This document shows positions 13,661 to 24,022 of a DNA stretch of 64,000 bases, piece by piece (position 1 is the first letter of the stretch; every line of letters begins with the position of its first letter). This DNA is from Paraphysomonas bandaiensis (lineage: Eukaryota > Protista > Chrysophyceae). The notes under the pieces are model-generated. The model worked only from the letters and a program-made list of their open reading frames with translations, did no database searches and was not told the origin of the DNA. Made by a program: the position numbers and the translations under genes. Location: NCBI GenBank assembly GCA_965644295.1, contig CBFFRP010000115.1, forward strand, positions 1 through 64,000, in the 5' to 3' direction.

Positions 13661-14457
13661 TACAAAAATATGGAAAATATGATATGATGTGAAAGTATAT
13701 AAGCTGAAGCAGTGGATCTTGTCACCGAGGTTTGTCATAATCTGCCAAAAAAATTGATTTAAATGTTCACAATTTTGCATAGTCACAGGTCACAGAAGTT
13801 TAATCGACCTTAGGTCGAGACAACCCTGATCAATGCCTAAGCAGTTTTGGTGTACACTTGTATTATATCTAGCGCAATGGTAGAAACGTATATAACATAT
13901 AACGTGCTAAACTGACCAACATTTGACCCCACTTCATTTCCAATATTCTGATTTCTGGATCATTCTCAGTGGTATCCACTAAGGAAGCTACCAGAATAAC
14001 AACACATTTTGTTATTGAATTTTAATTTTAGTATCTATATGTAGCAAACTACAGATTGTTATAGTTTTGATACGATTCAAACATAGAACAAGCATCCTTG
14101 TTTCAATCTTTGGTCTAATTACCCTGCTGCGTACTATATACACAATGTAAAAAGGTGAGCCTGTAGAATGCATGTCATACTCTATACTCTTCAATGCTTG
14201 TCGTAGAAAGGTACCTCAATATTGACTTGCTTCACTATATTTTCCGGAGCTAGTAATGTGTCTCTATGGTTCAAATAGGTTCACCTCAATTACTATATTC
14301 TCGTATTATGGGAAGTCGAGAATCTGTTACCCAGACTACTTATTTCTTGATCTGCTTGGAAATGCTGCATGTAATGTTTTTCTCCGCTCGTACAACACAA
14401 TACAGGCAAATTTAACACATAGTTATCCTTAATTAAATAGATTTTTCAATCAGCCAC

Positions 14458-14801
14458 TTAGTCCTTGACTTCCCTCATATACAGCACGTTGTTGCATCTT
14501 ATTAAAACTTCGCCAAGGTTGCCCGCAAATGCGCCGTCTATAAACTCTTCAGTTTGAGCCAGCTGCAAATTATGCACAAATTAACCTCCATACAAAAATC
14601 GTACTGCTAAAAAAACACTCACCTGCAGGTTCATGTACGAATCCACTGCCATGAGTATTCCTTTGTACTCCATTCCCCACTTAAGTTTCACAATTACAGG
14701 ATTGCCAGAGAGACCATTAAGGAACGGCTTTGGATTAACGATTTGCTGCGAAAAAAATTAAGACATGAGGGAGGTAGTAAGGAGAGACGTACCACAGACA
14801 T
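14458..14801 (-). CDS. SNRPF: Small nuclear ribonucleoprotein F (SmF), 3 exons
   Basis: Exons 14801-14793, 14745-14623 and 14562-14458 give [78 protein letters not shown]. Confidence 0.97.
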
Positions 14802-15476
14802 ATCAGCAGGTGTGACAGTTTACTTATGAACGAATTGTTGCAGAGTTCGTGACATATATGGTTGCATGTTGTTTGGTGCATAAGTGGATGTATTACTATG
14901 TATTGGTTGTATAGGCGCGTCCGTGGTTTGCGAAAAAACTCCAGTTTTTTTTCCGCCGCGTCAGGACCGCTGATTAGTTGAGAAAAATTATTTAGCCCGC
15001 ACCGCAGGTGCGGGATCCCGCACCCTTGTTTTTACACAAAGGCCGCACAGCAAGTGCGCCCATCGAGTGATCCAATCAGCAGAGTGCATCATAGCATAGT
15101 GCATCATATCACATGCATCGAGTATATGTATATAGTAATATGACGAGGCAGCCATATGCAGCAGATACACGTTAATGAGTGCTTGAATGATAGGTGATAA
15201 CATGTTGCTACCATCTTATTTCATGAAACTGTGAGATGAGATATGCAGTTACTGGACGAGGTTTATAAGGCTGTATGGAGAGGAACTGTGAAGGGCTGTA
15301 TATTATGGTATGAAGTGATTTGATATGGATATCAATGATTGAATTCCAGGTGGGAGCATCATGCTCCCATCATCCTATTTAAAGTGTCAGGTATGTAGAG
15401 AGATGAGAAGTGGTACATTTGAAGGAATAGAAGGCTGTATATCATGCATGCACTATGTTGTGTGATGGTATATGAT

Positions 15477-16410
15477 ATGCTGAATGTTGTCATGGTTTAT
15501 TATGCTGTTGTAGGCGCAATGACGTTTATACTTACCGGTGCAAGAGGGATGCCTAAGCGACACAAGCGCCCGGCTGCCCCTGTACCATCTTGCAGTGAAT
15601 ATGTGTCATGTTGTGTAAGGGTATGCAGTATGGCTGTATGTGATAAGAATTCTGAACGGTGTGGAATAATAAAATGCTGAAGGCTGTGATGGTTTATTAT
15701 GCTGTTGTAGGCGCAATGACGTTTATACTTACCGGTGCAAGAGGGATGCCTAAGCGACACAAGCGCCCGGCTGCCCCTGTTCCATCTTGCAGTGAATATG
15801 TGTCATGTTGTGTAAGGGTATGCAGTATGGCTGTATGTGATAAGAATTCTGAACGGTGTGGAATAATAAAATGCTGAACGCTGTGATGGTTGATTATACT
15901 GTTGTATGCTCTGTAAATAATGATACGATGTATTCCAATTACTAATGAATCATTAATTATAAGGGTACAGTATAAAAAGTTGATGGAGTGGTTATAAATG
16001 AATACATATAGGCATTCTACAGATTACTAACATCAGACTGTGTCGAATAATAAAATGCTGCACGCTGTAATGGTTGATTATACTGTTGTATGCTCTGTAA
16101 ATAATGATACGATGTATTCCAATTACTAATGAATCATTAATTATAAGGGTACATTATAAAAAGTTGATGGAGTGGTTATAAATGAATACATATAGGCATT
16201 CTACAGATTACTAACATCAGACTGTGTCGAATAATAAAATGCTGAACGCTGTAATGGTTGATTATACTGTTGTATGCTCTGTAAATAATGATACGATGTA
16301 TTCCAATTACTAATGAATCATTAATTATAAGGGTACATTATAAAAAGTTGATGGAGTGGTTATAAATGAATACATATATTGGCATTCTACAGATTACTAA
16401 CATCAGACTG
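15477..16410. repeat. Composite tandem array: 2 x 197-bp and 3 x 184-bp units sharing a 46-bp junction repeat
   Basis: GAATAATAAAATGCTGAASGCTGTRATGGTTKATTATRCTGTTGTA at 15664, 15861, 16045 and 16229, partial at 15477. Units within each class are near-identical. Confidence 0.95.
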
Positions 16411-16487
16411 AAGTTTCCTTTTCTTTGTCCTTGGAATAATGTTACCATCACTGTCCCTTCGTGCACTCATTGCATCATATATACTGT

Positions 16488-17309
16488 TTATGTATTTCTT
16501 AGAGGCTTTTTTTTGGGGTGAAACTTGTCGTAATTTTCCTGACCAAATAAATCAACAATAACACGCAATTCAACCTTTTCAGCTATGCATTTTAAATTAC
16601 TCTTCCATTCTCTGTACGAAGTAGACTGACTTGCCATACAGGGTTTCGGCTCATCAAGAAAACGTTTCTCGTCATCGTACAATAGGCCGAGTCCTTTAGT
16701 CAATACTCGATTTAGTTTTTTCTGTTTGTTGACGTTGTCTACCATAGGGTATACAGTAAATCATAGATATGTGAAGTATGTCCACTTACCGGAGAAATCA
16801 GATGCCCGATGTATAATGTATTCACCTATGCGCTTCATTAGTTCTTTCCCCACTGGACTTGTTTTCTCTGATATACGCACTCCTTGTGCGATACACCGCT
16901 TGATAATATGCTTTGATACTGCCGCTCTCACATCTTTGTACCACAGCTCATTGGAGCTGCTTAATAACTCATTTCTTTTAAATCGCTTCGTCAGCGCAGT
17001 CTTCGTGTCTGACAAATACTGCCAAGCAGTACCTAGGGTCAAAGGCTTCTTCGTTGTTCCATGGACGGCGTGATCGATCAAAAAGCCACCGAAACATTGA
17101 AATAGTTCTACATTTATATCACTGTCTATGAGTTCCTTATACCTCTTCTTCCCGTCGAACCGCATCTCCAAGTACTTCGCAAACTGAGCTAACGCAGAGG
17201 AGTTACGATTTTTGGTTTCCCCATCACCGACTTTTCTAATGCCCCCTGTGGTAGTTGATTCCGTGGTAGTTGATTCCGTGGTAGTTGATTCCGTGGTAGT
17301 TGATTCCAT
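16488..17309 (-). CDS. Crypton tyrosine-recombinase-derived protein without a recognisable catalytic domain, 2 exons
   Basis: Exon 17309-16790, 51-nt intron (GTAAGT...TAG, 16789-16739), exon 16738-16488, frame intact. The N-terminus (SALAQFAKYL...FGGFL...LTLGTAWQYLSDTK...WYKDVR...SPVGKELM) resembles the helical core-binding region of stramenopile Crypton recombinases. Starts with (ESTTT)x4. Confidence 0.6.
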
Positions 17310-17958
17310 GCTACTATGATATGTTCTCGCTGTTATTATGTTCTGTATGTATGATACCATGCTGTGATGAGAGAGCTCCTCCTTCAACACCCACCTCCCT
17401 GGATCTATTACTCACCAGCAACACCATACATACCACTGGTCACTCATCATCACCACTTATATAGTTCCACACCATTATGGTGCGGGCTTGAGTACGGTAC
17501 CTTCCACATTTTACAGAAAAACTTATTTTGCGTCCGGTCTGTGCTGGACGCTGTATATGCTGTATGGACTGTAGTATATGGTGGTGTAGTACGAGGAGAG
17601 TACAGATGCAGTTCTCCACCACGGTATTCCGTGAATATGATACGATATACCGTATTCCGAATGTATGCAGAATGACGGTTGGAAATGAACAATCAAAAAA
17701 TCTGGTTGTAGAGTGGTTTGGCGATACGGTAGTTTCCATATATAATATAAAATCGGTAGTCGTGCAATATAGATGTGCAGTGGTTCGATGCAGATGTGAA
17801 TATTTGTATAAAATATTAGTCTGTGTAGTACTCACTGACAGACCCCACAGAACAGCTTTGTAACATACGTACAATTCATTTTAATTACTTGCCGTTGGCT
17901 ACAATTCAAGCAAATATGAGAGAAATTGTATAGTAAATTTCTGTAATCTCTATCGACG

Positions 17959-19197
17959 ATGGCCACTATGAAATGGGTGGGTTTGCCCATTCATGATATT
18001 ATTGTCCCGGCATGTGTGTGGTTTGTCATTATTTCAATATATATAAGGCAAATCTATCGGCGGTATTCGAATAAGCATAACAAGCATCCCTTAAATGAAG
18101 ACGATAAGTACTATAGGGATTATTTCTACCATGTGAGTACTTAGAGTGCGAACTGTATTTTTTACCTATTTGTTATCGTTCTTATATTTTGCTTATAGTG
18201 AAGTTTATACTAAATATCTTTTACGTTCTTAATTGTTGCTGTATGTAGATGAGGGGTGGGTGGGTGAGACAGAACCACCTCACTATGCAAGCAGTAGCTA
18301 ACTCCACAAGAGACTACCTTCGAGTAATAATTTTCTTAGCGGGGAACTCCGCAGGTAGGTTACTATGGTTGTGATTATACGCACACTGTATTATATGCCC
18401 TGCACTTTTTTACTATGGTCGGGCGATTAGTGGTGTAAAAATTTTATTACTTCGAAGTAAATATGGGCATGATGAATTGATATCCTGTGTAGGTCTAGGA
18501 GCGATATTAGCAGGTTATGCTGGTCGTGCTGCATCCTCTGCTTCATCTCCATATGATTATTACCTCGTTGTGAAACTCGCATGCTGCGGGTTACTCTTCT
18601 TCATAATATTTTTCTTATACATAAACAGTATACGATTCGGAAATCAAATGCAGTAAGATACATTGAACATAAGTAAATTACTTTTTTGCTGATTTAGTAT
18701 CGTAGCTTTCTCATGAATGTTGAAGAAGCTAATGGAGTGAACATGAACCTCATGATAATAGAAAGAGTATTTCACAGATCGTGGTTCTTCCATGCTGCAG
18801 GTATGACGCATTATGTGGTCTGTCACTTGAAATCATATTGGCGTGATAATGTACACAGCATATTGGCGTGATAATGTACACTTCGTGATGATATTGTATT
18901 GCACTCATGTAGTCTATAGGGCTTCGACTACATTTCGCTATTATCCCTCTCTTCGCATGGGTGATATCCTCGTGGGCTCTGTTAGCCATATCTCCTCTGT
19001 ATATATATCTGGTTGAAAACTATGACAATCTATCTTTCCTGGAGCAAGATCTAGAAGACATGTACAAAGGAACTTCTTTCGATAAGTCCCAACCAGCTAC
19101 TGCGCTGGACTCAGAGGAGTTGTCTGATGAGACGGCAGTCAGTACTGTACCTATTCGACTCGTAAGGAAGCGGAGCAACAACGAAAGTTCAATTTAG
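17959..19197 (+). CDS. DUF599-family membrane protein, copy 2
   Basis: Paralogue of 6180-7254 with the same intron positions (YFYH|MRGW, NSTRDYLRVIIFLAG, SIRFG, FLMNVEEANGV, GLRLHFAIIPLFAW). Confidence 0.8.
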
Positions 19198-19476
19198 TTG
19201 TCCTTTATTTATGTTGATATTAATCTGTGTTCGCTGTGGTCATATGAGCCAGTTGATAGGTAGAGAGCTAAGCACCCACAGTTTGGTCAAATGACGCGTG
19301 CGGTGAATTAGAATGTATTTTAGTGGAGATTGATGTGTGTACTATGACACAATGATTTTGTTCATGGACATTGTGATCATTGTGTCACTGGTGAAGTGGT
19401 CAAGAATAATAATTACAAACTGCAAAAAGTAAAATGCGGAATGAAAGACAATCTTAATCCGTAGATTAGTGTAAAC

Positions 19477-20212
19477 CAGGGCTGCGTAGCAATAATTGCA
19501 AATGTTTTTATGCAATTAAATAATTGCAACTATTAGCTATAGCTCGCGGAATTATAGTTGCAATTTAATTGTGCCAATTATTGTCCAATTAACTTAGTTA
19601 CTCATTACAAGCACGTGTAGCATCTTCAACCGTATAATGATATAATTGACGGATTATAATATTTACATGGTCAAAACTCTAAATATCCAGGTTTTTGTCT
19701 GCAAAAAACAGTTAAAAGCCCTGATAATCCATGTCCATACCGCTGCACAACCAGTTCGTAGTTCGTAGTGCTCTTCAATCCTGCAGTGTCCTGTAAGGCA
19801 TCCAGGATCAGAAGAACATAATTGCCAACACTACATATAGATATATATCTTCAACTAGAAGGGTATTGAGCGTTACATATATACCATATACTTATGGATC
19901 GAGCTGAACTAAGATTTGTAGTTCAAAATCAAGAGGAAAGACACATAAAAACACAGTACCTTTCTTAATGTAAAGAAAACGTTATAATGAGAGGCCAACC
20001 TTCCCTCTATTGTAATAGCCATTAAGGGCAATAACTGGCCGTCGTCCTTAATTTTTTGCAACTTCTAATTCTATTATTATGTATGTGCTCTTATACTATA
20101 TAGTTAATAATTGCCAATTAATTGCAATCTATTTGCAATTATTACGTATGTTCCATGCGATTAATTAATTAATTAATTTCAATTCAATTCAATTAATTGT
20201 TACGCAGCCCTG
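19477..20212. mobile_element. Complete hAT-type MITE
   Basis: TIRs CAGGGCTGCGTA / TACGCAGCCCTG, perfect 8-bp TSD GTGTAAAC (19469-19476, 20213-20220), subterminal AATTGC repeats. Confidence 0.95.
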
Positions 20213-20400
20213 GTGTAAACTACCCTAGTAAACCGAGCGAAGCACAAAGTTTTGTAGTCGAGTGTAGCAACAATGGGTGGGTTATTGAGCCATTATGGTG
20301 CAAGGATAAAGTGGTGGTTCAAGAAGATGAAAGGTAGGTAGTCGTCTTGGATAGATCACGAGATATGAATATCAAGATTCATGAATACTGGGCTGGAATG

Positions 20401-20570
20401 TGTTGAAATACGTATGTTTCCCTAAGGTAGAACTGTAGAATACGTTAAATTCAAAGTGAAAAACAGTAATACGTAATACTCAATATATATTACTACTTAT
20501 ATAGCCATAACTGTGAAACTTAAGTGTCATGACGATTCAAGTTGCGGAGGTTAATCAAATGCCCTCAACA
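20401..20570 (+). repeat. Copia-type LTR-like repeat (TGTTG...CAACA); second copy at 28299-28466
   Basis: Two diverged copies of about 170 bp with TG...CA ends. No TSD found. Confidence 0.5.
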
Positions 20571-20689
20571 AAGTCGGACTCTCACCTTTTCGGGGTGTTA
20601 TGGGGGATAAGTACAGGATAAACTAACGTGAGCCGCATATAGTCAGATATTGTTCTGCGCATTCATATAGCCAAATAAATAAAGCTTGC

Positions 20690-21190
20690 GTAGTCTCTAC
20701 TATATAAGTGCCTCTTGTGTAGATGTCTTTGGGCTCTGACGAATAAACAGGCATCCGGGAATGGGCCCACCTCAAGGGCATCCGGGATATCGGGCTGCCT
20801 ACTGAAGTCAAGCATCTGGGAATGTGCACACCTCAACGGCATAAATGTTAAAAGTCTTATTATTAGCAATAGGCGTTAAAAACCTGCACCAACTTAGTAG
20901 CTAGATGAATGCTAGACAAACTAGTTAGACCTCTACCTGTAACTAATCAGTACACACTTTTTTTATCCTACTATTTAACGCTACGGAAGCTGCTTGTGCG
21001 TCGCCGCAACCACCAAGGTGCGACCACTTCCGCTCTGAGCTCGTAAGGTGAACATCCCGAATGCTTGACCTCAGCAGGTTACCCTTCAGGTGGACCCTGT
21101 CCCGGATGCCCTTGAGGTGGGCCTATTCCCGGATGCCTGTTTATTCGTCAGAGCCCGAAGACGTCTATACACAAGTGACACTACTTATGG
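20690..21190. repeat. Two inverted copies of LTR-like repeat family B flanking a LINE 3'-end fragment (20850-21035)
   Basis: Family B contains TATATAAG, then AATAAA about 40 nt later, then CATCCGGG sub-repeats. Other copies at 28706-28750, 28919-29062, 29209-29255, 29515-29660 and 40320-40425. Confidence 0.75.
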
Positions 21191-21768
21191 TGTCCCTTGC
21201 ACCACACAAGCATTCGGCTATGAATGGGCAGAAGAATATCGTAGAGATAAGCACTATTCAGTTTAATTACAATACTAAATTAGTTCTGACTCTCTTACAA
21301 CATCCCTATAATTGCCAATAATCAGACATTCAAAATAATCAGGTTGACACATGAGTAGGATATGAGAATTTGTACTACGATTTAGGTACAGGTAGATTTC
21401 TATCTAGCTTGACAACTTTTCATCTAGAAACTTATCTGGTGCTGAAATATTTGAAGCCCACTATTGCTAATAATAAAAGACTGTCACACATAATATATAT
21501 ATAATTATATATATATAATTCACACAGATTCTACCAAGCATGCGTATCCTCAGCAAAGCGTGAACACGGGTGGGACGGAAACAGAATCTGCGGTCAGCTA
21601 CGTGGGTAAGCGGGTGGTAGAATCAGTATAAAATCTCGATGTTCTATATATGTGTATGCACCTACAGTATGGCCACCCGCTCGGAACAATGGGGTAATGG
21701 ATGTTACAGACGTTCATGGAAGAACTATAATTTTAGGGTATAGTATACATTATACATAGGTATTCTTT

Positions 21769-23662
21769 AGTTCTGGAGGCTGATAATATAAATGTTGTGA
21801 TACTACGAGATAATTAGCAATAACAAGACTAGAGTCTAATTAAGGTCTTTATTGTTTCGTGATTTCATTAATGTTGATGATATTATTAATGCTACACATC
21901 AGATGGAAAAGTTGAGTTTTGTAGTTCGTAAGCAACCAAAAGTTGTATTTCTAAGGTATTTGAATTATGGCCGTTAGGTTAAGAATACAGTACAGGCATC
22001 AATACACTTTGATATGGTTAGAAAAGCTGAAATACCTTTACTCTATCAGATCATGGCTAACAAAGATCTAACAATATTGATCAGTAGTTGAGAGAATATA
22101 AGTGTAGCGAATATCAATGAATGATGTAAGATGTTGATTATATTTTCACCATTTATTATTGTGTGAGTTCAAGTTCAGTTAATTAAGGTATTTCACCATC
22201 CAAATATATGTCAAGAGTTGATAATAATATAGTTGGAATTACGAATTACTATAGATCAGTACAGACTAAACTATTGTGCACAATATAATAGAACCTACCC
22301 TCTATGAAATAACCAAAGAGACCAACATGCATATTATTATCGTGAGTTAGGAAAGATATTAAACATAATATGAAAAACTCACAGAAACTGAAGAAGTGAA
22401 AAACAGGTGTACTAGTCCTGTTGTCTGGAAGTGACATATACATGTTTGAAGATATGGGGCATAACGGAGGGGGATTTAGCAAAAACCCACTCATGGATGC
22501 ATGGCAATGGCAATGATGTGATTAGACCTGTCATGTCTTCTCACACGTCTACTGCCTAGTCTTGGTTTCTCCTGACCCAGGTCATTGAGATTATATCAAG
22601 GCTCTGGCACTGTTCTCCAAGCAGTGTCAGGTACATTTGTGGTGCTTTTATGTTATTCTTGCTTAGTAGGTTTTCATCCGAGCGGGGAAGGTGCACGGTT
22701 TCCTACTAGTGTAAGTCACTCGGGAGAAGAGTGCAAGGTGGATGCATGTGCTGGATGAGTGCACACAATGGAGGGAAGACATTGGAGTCAGCTTGAATTT
22801 GTAACAGATTTTGGTAGATGTCTGTTTCATGCGTCAGTGTGCAAAATTGCACCAGTGAGACCGCTTCGTGACCGTGGGAGGACCCGGCGCTATAGCTACT
22901 TTATTCTCCCTTCCAGACTACCTGCTGCTGTGAACACCACCTTGAAGAGGGCCCTAAAGATCTGCCGCATATACAGGAGACATATGCCGAAGACACCGAC
23001 CGCAAGTTGTTTGTGTTAGGACAAGTAGATTGGGCAGGAGCGTATAATCCGGCTTAAACACGCAACTCGTCGTATGCCCATGTAGCTAACTAAATCGTGT
23101 TGTATAGTTGAGCACTTGTCGGTGCATGCAATAGTAACTAGATGAGAGTCATGTTATGCATAGTGTCGCGCGAGTTGTTAGGTTGGTCGCGGCAACGCAC
23201 AAGCTTGCGCTTCTTAATAATCAGATTTTCAATAATATAGCAAAAACCCAACAACAATTTCAAGAAGTTGGAAAACCAGAGCAAGATGAACACGAGGACA
23301 CACTGGCAAGTCTGGTTGCTTTTGAATTGGTGGAGACGTAGAGTGACAAAGCTGAATATGATCATAAATATCACTGAAAATGCAAACTGAATAAGTGAAG
23401 GATATGGTTGTGACCGACAGTGGAATGAGTGCTGGGATTATTTCAACTAATTCAATTTCTTATACCTTAGAAATACAACTTTTGGTTGCTTACGAACTAC
23501 AAAACTCAACTTTTCCATCTGATGTGTAGCATTAATAATATCATCAACATTAATGAAATCACGAAACAATGAAGACCTTAATTAGATCTCTGGTCTTTTT
23601 ATTGATAATTATCTTCGTAGTATCTAATATACATGTTATTATTATTATCAGCCTACAGAACT
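21769..23662. repeat. Inverted repeat of about 190 bp (21769-21958 and 23463-23662) from an LTR/leader-like sequence
   Basis: The core 21835-21958 matches the reverse complement of 23463-23586 with 1 mismatch. Outer parts are more diverged. Confidence 0.85.
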
Positions 23663-24022
23663 GCAGTACACACAGCATATAGAAACGGGGGAAATCTATC
23701 CGTACGATGCGGGATGGGCGTAATTCGGTTGAATTCTGTGTCTTTTTATTTTAGCAAACGCTGTACTACTCAAGTATATACGATCGTATACACAGAAACG
23801 CACTGTAACTGCTGTATGGTTTCTTTGTGTGCACTGCAGTTTCAGTTGCCTGCCTATTTATAATGTCGAAGTTAATAGAACCTCGTGCTAGCAAATTGTA
23901 ATGTGTGGCGCTACACAACTCAATGATATTTGAATTAGGAGACTGATGTATGGAGGTCAGGGAGTATAGATAGACACAGAATAATTCTGCATAAGGTCTA
24001 ATCGGCAGACTCTTAATTTAGA

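Larger units (their letters stand above)
14912..17702 (-). mobile_element. Putative non-autonomous Crypton-like element; boundaries approximate
   Basis: GC-rich palindromic left end, internal tandem array and a recombinase-derived gene. An 8-bp direct repeat TGGTTGTA at 14904-14911 and 17703-17710 is weak support for the ends. Confidence 0.45.

Noticed and set aside
15540-15600. Twister ribozyme (TAA...ACAAGC)
   Set aside because: The required P4 and pseudoknot pairings could not be formed.
15444-15877. Duplicated small ORFs (MPKRHKRPAAP...)
   Set aside because: Products of the tandem repeat with no independent coding evidence.
15477-16410. CRISPR array
   Set aside because: The spacers are 140-150 bp and duplicated, there are no cas genes, and the context is eukaryotic.
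20730-20760. Hammerhead ribozyme core (CTGACGA) in repeat family B
   Set aside because: No stem II or GAAA follows, and the motif varies among copies. The adjacent AATAAA fits an LTR poly(A) signal better.
23138-23450. Possible hAT transposase scrap (LVAATHKLAL)
   Set aside because: Too degenerate and without termini to call as a feature.
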